A stretch of 64,000 nt of DNA, taken from the NCBI GenBank assembly GCA_951406725.2, contig OX597819.1:8618001-8682000 (forward strand), read 5' to 3'. Position 1 is the first letter of the stretch; every line of letters begins with the position of its first letter. The notes below the pieces were generated by a model that saw nothing but the letters and a program-made list of their open reading frames with translations, was not told where the DNA came from and searched no databases. A program made the translations under genes and the position numbers. The stretch comes from Octopus vulgaris. Its lineage: Eukaryota. Positions 29,674 to 42,566 of this stretch are shown here, in pieces.

Positions 29674-30367
29674 CTTCGTGAAAATAAAAAAACAAACAAA
29701 CAAACAAAAAAATCGCTGACAGCTTACTTCTTCTCCTCCGCCTCCTACATCTCCTTCCACCTAACTCCTACTTCTTCATGTTATTCTTCTCCCACTTCCA
29801 CCTCCTACTCATCTCCTACTTCTTTCTTTTCCTCGTGCAGCTCTTCATCTTTCTCTACTGTTGCTGCATCTGTTGCTGCTGTTTAGATATTACTTTCTTG
29901 ATGCTGCTGTTGCTGTTGGCGCTGCTTTTGCTGCTGCTGCTCTTGCTACTGCTGTTGCTGCTGCTACTGCTGTGTTATCAACTATACCGCTGTTGTTATT
30001 CCTGCTAGTGTTGCTGTAATAATGCTGTAGAGTCTGTAGTATTTCTAGGTTTTTATGCACACTGCTGCTTCTATCATTGTTAGACTTGATGATGGTGTTG
30101 CTGCTAGAGTTAAAGCTCCTGCTGTTGATGTCTCTGCTGAAGCTATTTCCACTGTCAAAGTTGCTGCTGCTGTCTTTGATGATGATGCTGCTGCTGGTGT
30201 ATCTTCTATCATCATCGTTCGGTGATATTGAAGTTTGGCCCCAGGTGGTGAAAGGTTTCCAAACGTGACCATATTTTTCTTTGCCACAGGGTTTATTTAT
30301 CTACAACAATATTAGCCACTGTAGACTTAAAGATATGTAAATATAAAAAAATGTAGATATGTACATA

Positions 30368-30532
30368 GGCGCAGGAGTCGCTGTGTGGTAAGTAGCTTGC
30401 TTACCAACCACATGGTTCCGGGATCAGTCCCACTGCGTGGCATCTTGGGCAAGTGTCTTCTGCTATAGCCCCGGGCCGACCAATGCCTTGTTAGTGGATT
30501 TGGTAGACGGAAACTGAAAGAAGCCTGTCGTA

Positions 30533-30595
<63 letters not shown>

Positions 30596-30808
30596 TGTGT
30601 GTATATGTTTGTGTGTCTGTGTTTGTCTCCCCAACATCGCTTGACAACCGATGTTTCTGTCCCCGTCACTTAGCGGTTCGGCAAAAGATCCCGATAGAAT
30701 AAGTACTGGGCTTACAAAGAATATGTCCCGGGGTCGATTTGCTCGACTAAAAGCGGTGCTCCAGCATGGCCGCAGTCAAATGACTGAAACAGTAAAAGTG
30801 TAAAAGAG
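30368..30808 (+). mobile_element. SINE family B, full length
   Basis: Same head, CORE-like motif and tail as 16821. Confidence 0.93.
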
Positions 30809-31374
30809 TATGTAGAAGTATGAATGCGAAAATGTATAGATGAGTATTTTGCAATTGTGTATACGTGAACGTGTATGCATGTGTGGGTATGTGGTAATAC
30901 AGATGTAAAAAGAAAAGTTGTGTGCATTTGTAGGTGTATGAAAATACGGATGTGAGGATATGTAGATGTGTGGATCTGTAGCTGTGTAATTTTATGAGTG
31001 TGGATGATAGTTGAGTGTGTAATATAGGTGTGTAATTGTACATGTAGACACGAATAGACGTGTAGACGTATAGATGTGTCTAAATATAGATAATATGTAT
31101 CTGTACTTTCATACACATATGTGCGGGTGTGGGTGTGTGTGTGTGTGTGTGTGATTGTACGTAAATATATATGGCTCAATGACTAAATTTACATGTGTGG
31201 AGCAGATCGGAAATGAGCAGATGTATAACTATATAAATGTATAGGTATACAAATGCTAAAATTTGCTTATGTATATATGCGTGGCACCCTGGGCAAGTGT
31301 CTCCTACTATAGCTTCAGGCCGACCAAAGCCTTGTGAGTGGATTTGGTAGACGGAAACTGAAAGAAGCCCGTCG

Positions 31375-31406
<32 letters not shown>

Positions 31407-31579
31407 TTGATTTTGATTTTTCCAGTTCAGTTTCAGCTCATGAGCTGTGGCCATGCTGGGGCACATATATATATATATATTAATATATATAAGGGTGGCA
31501 AAAAATTCAATAAAAATTATTTGCCACCAGCGGTCTAGTGAGAAAGAGAAATAATCACAGACTATATATATATAAATTC

Positions 31580-31903
31580 AACAATATTAAGGAATGGCCC
31601 TGATAGGCTATTCGACCCACTAAAAAGAGCAGCCAAACTCAAACCGCTAAGTAGTTGTCATTCTGAAATCAAAGGAGAAATAAAAACATTTACCCTTATC
31701 ATCTTTGGACTATGCATAGTTTCGACACTTTGAAAAATTAAATGGGTTTATCAAAGTGTCGAAACTATGCATAGTCCAAAGATGATAAGGGTAAATGTTT
31801 TTATTTCTCCTTTGATTTCAGAATTACAACTATTTAGCGGTTTGAGTTTGGCTGCTCTTTTAATGGGTCGAATAGCCTATCAGGGCCATTCCTTAATATT
31901 GTT
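31580..31903. repeat. Long inverted repeat (~154-bp arms, 17-bp spacer) with 3' half of a hammerhead; PLE-like
   Basis: 31580-31733 pairs with 31751-31903 with few mismatches; GAAA-CTATGCATAG-TC at 31761-31776; (TA)n on both flanks. Confidence 0.9.
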
Positions 31904-31904
31904 A

Positions 31905-31967
<63 letters not shown>

Positions 31968-31984
31968 AGTATGTGTGTGTATAT

Positions 31985-32203
31985 GCTTCTGTGTCTGTGC
32001 TTGTCCCCCCACCAACATCGCTTCACAACCGATGCTGGTGTGTTTACGTCCCCGTAACTTAGCGGTTCGGCAAAAGAGACTGATAGAATAAGTACTAGGC
32101 TTGCAAAGAATAAGTTCTGGGGTAGATTTGCTCGACTAAAGGCGCAGCTCCAGCATGGCTACAGTCAAATGACTGAAACAAGTAAAAGAGTAAAGAATAA
32201 AGA

Positions 32204-32204
<1 letters not shown>
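31985..32204 (+). mobile_element. SINE family B, 3' half
   Basis: CAACCGATGCTGGTGTGTTTACGTCCCCGTAACTTAGCGGTTCGGC through the tail; a matching 5' fragment lies at 31278-31382. Confidence 0.85.
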
Positions 32205-32245
<41 letters not shown>

Positions 32246-32327
32246 CAAATTAATAAATAAAACATATGAATATATACATACATATATGTACTACCTACCT
32301 CTACATGTATATATACATGCATATATG

Positions 32328-32490
32328 GGTACAGGACACCAAAAAATGTCGAACACAATGAGAAACGAAAACATAAACACAAAACCAAGGAAATGGACAT
32401 ATTTCTTAAACAACGAAAAAATAGAGTACAGGACATACAGCACAAGGAAAATTCCTCTTCTTCAGTCGCCCCTGTTTCATCCACTCCGCG
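32328..32490. repeat. Unclassified dispersed repeat (related copy ~44830-45020)
   Basis: GTACAGGACACCAAAAAATGTCGAACACAATGAGAAACGAAAACATAAA..TTCAGTCGCCCCTGTTTCATCCACTCCGCG aligns by eye with 44831-45000. Confidence 0.6.
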
Positions 32491-32745
32491 AGTGTGGACA
32501 TTTGGATGTACAGAAATATGTAAATGATTGAATATACGGGAGTCTCGAGAATTGGGCAGTACCCTTGGCTTTCGCAGCCACTGCCTATACACGCAAGACA
32601 GATAAGAATGATATCATTAATGATCTTAAAATGAGTGTGGAATACCTGAAAGGAGATGACGTTAGGACAGCTAGCTTCTAGGAACAGAGACCATCATTGT
32701 AGAGGTAGAAACACACACACACATAGGGAGAGAGAGAGAGAGGTA

Positions 32746-33600
32746 TCACCTGTTACTCAGAGATTGGAGCGTATCTGTGAGTGGCTTTATGTCAGTTAAT
32801 CGAGTGGCATTTTGCAGGATGCAATCTAGTATGCAACAGCACACAATTGTGAATGATGCTCTATCGTAGGCTTTACTTGTGCTTTGTAAAGTTTCAATAA
32901 TTTTGGAGGATAAAAGAAGGGTCGGTGGTTGGCATGTTGTCATAACTTTATCAAGGGTGTATAACTATAGCCGAGGAGAGACGTTTGGCTACTCTGACAT
33001 TCAGAGTGACCGCGAATGCTCTAGTCGCTTGCGGATCATGGTTAATGGATGTGTCATGTGATGACATTTTCATGGTATGAATAACGTTTGTGTTTTCTTA
33101 TGGTTGAAAGAGTCAAGAATCGCACACCACCATCGTGAAGGGGTGTTTCGAGGTCTTTGATCATGGAATCGATGTGGGTTTGGTATTTGGTGACGCGGAA
33201 GTAGATGGAGGATGCAGAGTTTGGAAAATTTGTGGAAGAGTAAAGAGTAATATCATCTACGTAAGAGCAGAATTGTTGGACATGGTGGTAAGTGAATCAT
33301 TGATATAAAGACGTTTATGAAATATAGCCAAATCCTGGGACATGCCAGAGTGAATAGAATATGGCACACAAAGAGCTCAGTGAGCGCACACCACGCTGAT
33401 ATAAGGCTACCGATCCAAGAACCGAGTGACGGGTGGAGCCTATCTGTAGGTAGTTTCGATCGTAAGTTTGCACGCCAGACATGGTCAAAATATTTGCTAA
33501 TGTCGTGCGTGACAACAATGCTTTCTCCAAATTTCTCCAAGTCGTGATACGCTGAGAAGTGACTGGATAACAAGATGCGTGGATGTCTATTGAAACAGGA
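32746..33600 (-). pseudogene. Decayed reverse transcriptase of a CR1/L2-group LINE
   Basis: FGESIVVTHDISKYFDHVWRANLRSKLP..LHPSLGSWIGS matches the LDISKAFDRVWH..LL.KL..WI.SFL RT motif; frameshifted downstream. Confidence 0.75.
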
Positions 33601-34017
33601 TATTATTGTGCGGTGCAGACATGTAAAAGAACTGTGTAGTATCGTGTAGTGTGTATATATCTAATTAAATAAAAAAGCAGTCTTGTATTTTGTTGTAGCG
33701 ATTGCTGCTGGTCTGGTGTGGCGTTGTTGTGAATTATAAGTCTTGCAAATAGAAGTTGGCTTGATGAAGCAAACTTATGATAAAAGGCATTCCAGGTCTG
33801 ATCATTGTGAGTTTTTCTTTTTTGAGGCATAGTTTATCTGGGATTACATTTTCTACGTGTCTTCTTGTGGTAATTTAGTTTGAGAAAAATCTATTTGCAA
33901 TTTCCAGCAGGCGAAAGGATCTGCTAGAAATTTCATAAAGTAGTGTAAAAATATAGGGTGGGGAGGTAATGTTTTGTGGAAGTTTTGATTAGTTCGCTAG
34001 AGTGATATAATAATCTT

Positions 34018-34485
34018 AAATACTGATGAAGTAACGGCTTCAAATTTGGCACAAAACCAGTGATTTGGTTGGAGGGGTTAAGTAGATTACTTTGATCCCA
34101 GTGTTCAAATGGTATTTATTTTATCGACCCCGAAAGGATGGAAAACAAAGTCGATCCGGCAGCATTTGAACTCAGAACGTAAAAACGGACGAAATGCCGC
34201 CATGCATTTTGCCCGGTGAGCTAAACACAGAGAGGACAAACAAGGACAAACAAACGGATTAAGTCGATTATAACGACCCCAGTGCGTAACTAGTACTTAA
34301 TTTATCGACCCCGAAAGGATGAAAGGCAAAGTCGACCTTGGCGGAATTTGAACTGAGAACGTAACGGCAGACGAAATACAGCTACGCATTTCGCCCGGCG
34401 TGCTAATGTTTCTGCCAGCTCGCCGCCTTTTTGCCGCCATGCATTTTGCCCGGTGCGCTAACGATTCTGCCAGCCCTCCGCCTTA
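34018..34485 (-). mobile_element. Nested family C SINEs (young copy inside the head of an older copy)
   Basis: Young copy ~34219-34431 bounded by 24-bp direct repeat TGCCGCCATGCATTTTGCCCGGTG (34195-34218, 34432-34455). Confidence 0.85.
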
Positions 34486-34956
34486 AATGCTGTAGTAATA
34501 ATATCATGAGTCTAGATAACACGGTTCAATGTTGACGATAATTAACCTCAGGTTACCAATTCAACACCGCCTATGATCAAGAGCACTCCAGTCTTGCCCA
34601 CCATCCCACCGGCAGCGCAACTTCGATTGCGTCATTCAATATTTTTGTTTTTATTAAAACAAGGTAGGATTTGGGGGGATATTTGTCTGTAAGTTCTAAC
34701 AGGTCGGGGTGCCGCATAGAGGTGCACCTCTTGTTTTACTCGGTTTCTACTCATTTCAGTGTTTTCGGAGTTAGTGTAATGCTAAGCATCGTAGAGTGAA
34801 GTGGTTTAGCGTAGGATAGTCTTGTGTAGCACGTTTTATAGTGTGTTGCAGGCAATGTTGTAACGGTGTTGTGTAAATCTATAGTGTAATTTATATATAG
34901 TGGTAGAGTAATAATGTAATGAAATATGATATAGCTCACAGTTGTGGGATGAGATT

Positions 34957-35158
34957 TACGAGGTGGTGCTTAAAAGTTCTTGGCTTAGGGTAAAAGAAAA
35001 TGCAAGAAGATCAGATAATTATAATTCTATTCAACATATTCACCTCTCAGATTCACAGATTGATTGCAGCTGTCCTTCAGTTTTTCTAAGCATTGTAAAA
35101 GAACTCCAGCCAGGCCTTTCGCGATACCTTTAAAGCCAGGAACTTTTCAGCACTCATA
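34957..35158. mobile_element. Mariner-type MITE, decayed
   Basis: TACGAGGTGGTGCTTAAAAGTTCTTGGCTT ... AAGCCAGGAACTTTTCAGCAC imperfect TIRs around ~150 bp of non-coding sequence. Confidence 0.6.
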
Positions 35159-36639
35159 TTATAGTTGCTTTGGTTTTTAACTAAAAAAAAATCTTGGTCA
35201 ACTAGTTATATGGTGAAGGAGCTCCAGTTATTACCATAAAATGGCATTTTTTTCTTTTGGGCAGTATTTCGATGACAACATTATCGAAAGAATCCATTCT
35301 TTTCTTTTCAAGGTTTATAGTAGGTGAGTCGTGATTGGTTTAGTAGCCTACATACAAAATTGTACGTGCACGCAGACGATTTCTCTAAAAACCCTGCCAT
35401 AATACCATAAGGTGATGGCATCGGTGCCGAGAAACCAAAATTTCAATTGGTTTTCCTACTGTTGATGAAAGATTTGAGGAGATTTGATCTCAGAACGCAC
35501 CGAATTGGAACAGACGTCGCAAAGCATCTCGCCTGAATCTCTAACAATTCTGGCAATTCAACACCCTCACCTGGTGCTTTATTCATCGATCTCGAGTGAA
35601 TGGAAGGTAAAGTTGATCACAGTTAGATCTGAACTCAGAGCGCAGAGAGAGACGAAGTGAATACTACAAAGTATTCTACTCAACGCCCTAACGATTCTGC
35701 AAGTGTGCCTTAAACAATTTAATTATCAGTTGCATGCATATGAATTTGTAAATTTAAAGGGTCATTAAGACGGCGAGCTGGTAAAATTGTTACCATGCCG
35801 GACAAAATGCTTAGCAGCATTTTTACCGGTTCTTTACGTCCAAGTTCAAATTTTGTCGATGTCGATTTTTGCCTTTCATACTTTCAGAATCGATAATATA
35901 ACTTCCAGTTAAGCACTGAGGTTGAACAAATCAACTAACCCTTCCCCTCAAAATGGTTGCATTTGTGCCATAATTCGAAAGAAATGTAGTTTCAGTATCA
36001 CAATAAGTCCCTATGCACTTGAGTTTTATTCATTATACTAAACAGTTTCCTCAGCCAGTTTAGTATTTGAAAGGCCAGTTTAGTATTTGACTTTTGATGT
36101 CGTTGATAGGTAACGAAAGAATAAAGAATAAACAGAAATTCTACGTCTCGACAATTAGTTATCTATTAAACATGCTAAAAGATAATTTAGAAACATGCAT
36201 ATTAGATTATAAAGGAAATCAATTATAATTAACGAGTTATTTACCATTGAAATATTTAAATGTTTCTCTACATTTATGAGAACATTTCAATGGAAAATTT
36301 CTACAGTTTAATAATACTAATTTAGAAGTAATTATATAATACATTTCTTCAAGGTAAAGATCACATTTAAAATTACCAGTATCGTACGATGATGCGTATC
36401 TAATAATGCACCACGTTATGTCATAGTTAATGTTCCAGTCTTTTGAATTACACTAATTGTGAAATTATCTCTAATGACAATTCTCCTGAACTAGATTTTG
36501 ATACGTAAGGTAAAAGTAATTCCGACTCTGAAATTGCTAATACTTTTAAGATACAGCTAGTATTGTTATTCATTATAATTCTGCTATTTTTTAGCATATT
36601 TCATAGATAATTTATTCTAGTGACTAATGGTTATGTTTC

Positions 36640-37608
36640 GTTCTCTCGTTGTCTATTGTTGTCATCAAAAGCTGAATACTAGATTGGCCTTTCATAGAAT
36701 AACATATTCCTTCTTAACGTTCATTTAGTATGCGTTCATCTATCAGAGATATTTTCTTAGTACTTTTTGAATAGAGCCAATTTTGCATTAACTTGATAAC
36801 ATGTAAGCACATATCTTCGAATTTATTAATTTTATTGCTTTTCTATACCATTATTCTGTAGTTAAATACGCTGGCACGGTGGGAAAGATCATCGGTGATA
36901 TATGGTGTAATATTCAGTTAAAGATGTGACTCTCTCCATTCTTGTACGAGTTGTCTTATACTCCGAATTTCTTGAAAATCTTCGAAACGATATTTGAATT
37001 TACTTGTCATACATGACGAATAATGTTGGATGTTAATCCTACTTGAATTTATTGATGTCTGGATGTTTGATATGGTTAACCAATTTTATTCCACACAGAA
37101 TGCTTTATAGAAAACTGCCCGGATTTATTAATCCTTTTTACTACTTTTTACTATATATATATATTCTTTATTCTTTTACTTGTTTCAGTCATTTGCCTGC
37201 GGCCATGCTGAAGCACCGCCTTTAATCGAGCAAATCGACCCCAGGACTTATTCTTTTGTAAGCCCAGTACTTATTTTATCGGTCTCTTTTGCCGAACCGC
37301 TAAGTAACGGGGACATAAATACACCAGCATCGGTTGTCAAGCAATGCTAGGGGGACAAACACAGACACACAAACATATACACACACATATATATATATAT
37401 ATATATACATATATACGACAGGCTTCTTTCAGTTTCCGTCTACCAAATCCACTCACAAGGCTTTGATCGGCCCGAGGCTATAGTAGAAGACACTTGCCCA
37501 AGGTGCCACGCAGTGGGACTGAAGCCGGAACCATGTGGTTGGTAAACAAGCTACTTACCACACAGCCACTCCTGCGCCTGTGTGTATATATCTGTGTGTA
37601 TATATCTC

Positions 37609-37642
<34 letters not shown>

Positions 37643-38030
37643 TGTGTAAATGACACACACACACACATACACACACATCTGTAGTAAAAAGTATTCAATA
37701 CCCACGTAATTTGCATAATTTGAAAGAATAAGCCGAGAGAAATAACCCAAACTGGCCAGAAGCAAGTATTTCAATACCATAGTGAAACAGGGGTATGCCA
37801 AATACGGAGCAACATAAATTCTTGACTTATTTAAATATCTCCAGTTCTAGAAGATGTTTCATTGTTACCAAATGGCTGTAAAGATTGGCTTCACTTGAGA
37901 AGATAATCACATGAATCAAAAATTCTCCAGGTCTACGTCATTTGGCGACTGGTAACGTGATCGAACAATTGCCATACTGATGGCAGACATTGAGCCAAGA
38001 ATCACGTCTTCGACTGTCTCCTCAATTCCA
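36640..38030 (-). pseudogene. Possible highly decayed hAT-family transposase, interrupted by a SINE
   Basis: Scattered peptides FKYRFEDFQEI (~36970-37000) and an IH.II.Q-like remnant (~37890-37920) in the expected order; many stops. Confidence 0.3.
37163..37579 (-). mobile_element. SINE family B, full length
   Basis: Reverse complement of the 16821-type element, ending CAGCCACTCCTGCGCC. Confidence 0.93.
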
Positions 38031-38087
38031 GACAATAAGTCATTCCTGTATGTATGTATGTATTTATGTGTGTATGCATACACATAA

Positions 38088-38134
<47 letters not shown>

Positions 38135-38145
38135 TATATATATAT

Positions 38146-38197
<52 letters not shown>

Positions 38198-38852
38198 TAA
38201 ATAAATGGAGTTTAACGCAGGTGTAATCAAATATTTTTACTTTCGACACATGTTTCAAAAATTCCACTGATACTATTCAAAAGAATAAATGGTATAAACA
38301 ATGCAATCTTCTCCTCAGGAAAGTGAAAAAAGCGAAACTCGTCAATAAGACATATTTGTATAGCGATAGACAGTACGCTATTAATATTGTTTAAAAAAAC
38401 GTTATATGATATAACGTCATAAGTAGCTAACAGAAAGAGTAGGGATACCACTAGTGAATGTTAAATATAAAGGAAATTAAAGTTTGAATTATATATAATG
38501 ATAGAGACTACTTATATGCACGAAATGTATGTTTTTGCCAATGCTTACATCTGTATGCTCGTTCTATAACCGTGTTCACTAGAATATTTTTATAAAAAAT
38601 AATGAAAAATAGCTCAGAATTGCAGAGAAGACAGAATTCCTTGCCTTTGTCATATGGTATCGAAATTGAGAGAATCAACCATTCTAAATGAAATTGTTCA
38701 TTGTGGTCTTTTAAATCCCAAATCAGTTTGCCGAGACCGGTACTATTACGTTTATTTCTATCCCTAAATGTTGAGTAATGGATAGAAATTCTTTTAGATA
38801 ACTCTAACGATGTGCTTCCAATGTAAAATCGTACTTTATTATATATATATAT

Positions 38853-38918
<66 letters not shown>

Positions 38919-39174
38919 AGATGTCCTTGCATAGCAAATGACATGATCTGAGATCGTGTGATGAAACTGACAAATTTCTGTGCAGCACGGAAATTTGTCA
39001 GTGAACAGGTCGCGGTCTCAAAAGGACGAAAATATTTTGACAAATTAAATTGAAATGTTGAAGTGAATCTAACGGATTTTGTGTGTTTCTTAAATGGCTT
39101 ATAAACACCTTCCACGCTGCAATTGTTTATATATATGAAGCTGGTTATATATATATATGTGTGTGTGTGTGAAG

Positions 39175-39547
39175 CTGGTTCCGGGTTTATTCCCATTGCG
39201 TGGCACCTTGGGCAAGTGTCTTCTACTATACCCCTATAGCCTCGGGTCGACCAAAGACTTATGAGTGGATTTGGTAGACGGAAACTGAAAGAAACCCGTC
39301 GTATATATGAGTATATATGTATGTGTGTGTATATATTTTTTGTCTGTGTTTGTCCCCCCAACATCGCCTGACAACCGATGGTGGTGTGTTTACGTCCCCG
39401 TAACATAGCGGTTCGGAAAAAGAGACCGATAGAATAATTACTAGGCTTACAAAGAATAATTCCTGGGGTCGATTTGCTCGACTAAAGGCGCTGCTCTATT
39501 ATGGCCGCAGTCAAATGACTGAAACAAGTAAAAGAGTAAAAAGAGAA
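39175..39547 (+). mobile_element. SINE family B, 5'-truncated
   Basis: CORE-like motif and tail present. Confidence 0.88.
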
Positions 39548-39602
39548 ATTATATATATATATATGCATATATATATATATATACATACATACATATATAT
39601 AT

Positions 39603-39633
<31 letters not shown>

Positions 39634-39653
39634 CATACATACATATATATATA

Positions 39654-39685
<32 letters not shown>

Positions 39686-39686
39686 A

Positions 39687-39914
39687 AAGGCGGCGAGCTG
39701 GTAGAAACGTTAGCACGCCGGGCGAAATTCGTAGCCGTATTTCGTCTGTCGATACGTTCCGAGTTCAAATTCCGCCGAGGTCGACTTTGCCTTTCATCCT
39801 TTCGGGGTCGATAAATTAAGTACCAGTTACGCACTGGGGTCGATGTAGTCGACTTAATCCCTTTGTCTGTCCTTGTTTGTCCCCTCTGTGTTTAGCCCCT
39901 TGTGGGTAGTAAAG

Positions 39915-39919
<5 letters not shown>
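39687..39919 (+). mobile_element. SINE family C, full length
   Basis: Same as 21432; inserted in (TA)n. Confidence 0.93.
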
Positions 39920-39951
<32 letters not shown>

Positions 39952-40158
39952 CATACATACATATATACATACATACATTACATACATACATACATTCACA
40001 CATACATACATACATACATGCATACATACATACATACATACATTCACACATACATACATACATACATACATACATTCACACATACATACATACATACATA
40101 CATACATACATACATACATACATACATACATACATTCACACATACATACATACATACA

Positions 40159-40188
<30 letters not shown>

Positions 40189-40189
<1 letters not shown>

Positions 40190-41419
40190 TGGGTTGTCCG
40201 GAAAGTTCGTGCCGATTTTTAAAGGAAATAAAAAGGTCAATAAATACTCGACATTACATTTTTAATCAACCAAATATGAACCATTTTGTTGCACAATGCA
40301 TCTCCATCTTTCCTTTAACTTGAAAATACCTTCTTTCGAGAATTGAGGTGGTTTCATGGCAAAGAATTCATCAAGGTATCTTTTTACGTCATCCAAGGAA
40401 TTGAAATTTTTACCATTAAGACTATTCTGCAGAGACCTGAATAAGTGAAAATCCGAAGGAGCAATGTCTGTGAAAATGGAGAGTGGGGTAACACATCCCA
40501 GCCGAGCTGCGGCAATTTTTGTCTGGGTCCCAAAGAAACGTGCGCTCTTGCATTATCATGTTGGAAAACCACACCCTTCCTGTTGGCCAATACTGTGTGC
40601 AGTATTTATCAGAATTAATTGTCTGGTTACCTGGGAGAAGCTCATAGTACAGAATTCTTTTCCAATCCCATCAAACACAAACAAGACTTTTTTAGGGCGA
40701 AGACCCGCTTTTGGGGTGGCTAAGGCTGGCTCATGTCGCTTACTCCAGGATCGCTTTCTCTGAACATTTCGGTAGATAATCCATTTCTCATCACCTGTCA
40801 CAATTTGCTTAAAAAAAGGTGCATTTTCATTCCGTTTATAAAATGAATCACAGATGGAAATGCGATCCCAAAGGTTCTTCTCATTCAACTCATGTGGTAC
40901 CCAAACATCGTAGCAATTTGTGTACCCAAGCTTTACCAGGTGCTCATGAACGACGGATGTTGATTGGTTGAGGCTTTCTGCCAATTCTCGAGTTGTGCAA
41001 TGTGGGTTATTCTCAATTAATGACTTAATTTGGTCATCATCTGTAGTGGATGGTCTGCCTGATCGCTCTTTATCAATAAGGCTACAATGTCCGGTTCGGA
41101 ACCTTGCGAACCACTTCCGTACAGTTCTTTCAGATAAAGAAACATACCGTAAACTGCGCATATTTCTTTGGTTGCTTGTGAGGCATTTTTCCCTTTACGG
41201 AAAAAGAAAAGCATCAAGAACCGAAAATAAACTTTCTTATCTTCCATTACAGAATTAACGCAGGTTACAGGAACATAAACCTTCTTCCACGAAAAGATAG
41301 CGTAAACTGTGCTCTAAATAGAGGTTTAGTCAAATTCTATTTTATGGACTCAACCATCTTCTAAAATAAGTCGAAATTTAAGCTCCTAGAAATCGGCACG
41401 AACTTTCCGGACAACCCAA
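40189..41419 (-). mobile_element. Mariner (DD34D) transposon, both ends intact
   Basis: Perfect 30-bp TIRs TTGGGTTGTCCGGAAAGTTCGTGCCGATTT (40189-40218, 41390-41419), TA duplication on both sides, inserted in (TACA)n. Confidence 0.97.
40262..41247 (-). pseudogene. Frameshifted mariner transposase
   Basis: MEDKKVYFR..KGKNASQA, RSGRP, WVPHEL, TGDEKW, HDNARAH, DIAPSDFHLF and QNGSYLVD* spread over several frames. Confidence 0.95.
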
Positions 41420-41431
41420 TACATACATACA

Positions 41432-41743
41432 TACGACGACGAGGGTTCCAGTTGATCCGATCAACGGAACAGTCTGCACATGAAATTAACGTGGAAGTGG
41501 CTGAGCAGTCCACACACATGCGCACACCTTAACGTAGTTCACTGGGAACTTCAGCGTAACACAGAATGTGACAAGGCTGGCCCTTATTGAAATACAGGTA
41601 CTGCTCGATTTTGCTAGCTGAGTGGACTGGAGCGACGAGAAATAAAGTGTCTCGCTGAAGGATACAACGTGTCGCCGTGAATTGAACTCGCGACCTTACA
41701 ATCGTGAACCAAATGCCCTAACCACTAAGCCACGCTCCTTCAC
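41432..41743 (-). mobile_element. SINE family A-prime
   Basis: Matches 5508-5795. Confidence 0.85.
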
Positions 41744-41964
41744 TCATGTATACATACATATATACATCCAAAAGAAAAAGGCTCTCAGCATATTTAGTAG
41801 GAGTTACATGAGTTTTTATCTGAAGCTGTTTGATTCGACGCTATGCAAATTAAAGTTTCGCAGGCTTCTTCCAGAAACTTAGCTCGTTTAGGCACATTTT
41901 AACGATGGAGAGGTGCAGGAAGCCCAAGATGGATACTGGAAAAAGGGCTGCTATTTATCAAACG

Positions 41965-42021
<57 letters not shown>

Positions 42022-42093
42022 TACGCACACACACACTCACACACGCACACTCACATATATGTCTGTATTTGTGGATACTTACATACACATATA

Positions 42094-42483
42094 GTGGAGG
42101 CGCAATGGCCCAGTGGTTAGGGCAGCGGACTCGCGGTCATAGGATCGCGGTTTCGATTCCCAGACCAGGCGTTGTGAGTGTTTATTGAGCGAAAACACCT
42201 AATAGCTCCACGAGGCTCCGGCAGGGATGGTTGTGATCCCTGCTGTACTCTTTCACCACAACTTTCTCTCACTCTTACTTCCTGTTTCTGTTGTACCTGT
42301 ATTTCAAAGGGCCAGCCTTGTCACTCTCTGTGTCACGCTGAATATCCCCGAGAACTACGTTAAGGGTGCACGTGTCTGTGGAGTGCTCAGCCACTTACAC
42401 GTTAATTTCACGAGCAGGCTGTGAACCCTCATCGGATCAACCGGAACCCTCATCGTCGTAACCGACGGAGTGCTTCCATCCAT
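42094..42483 (+). mobile_element. SINE family A (duplicate at 43206-43590)
   Basis: Full head and CCAT tail; the second copy lacks GGCCC in the A box. Confidence 0.93.
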
Positions 42484-42566
42484 ATGACTGAAACATATAA
42501 GTAAAATACTGCACGAGTGGAAATATATATGAAAAAGGTTTGAAAATGCAATTTTAAAGATGTTTA

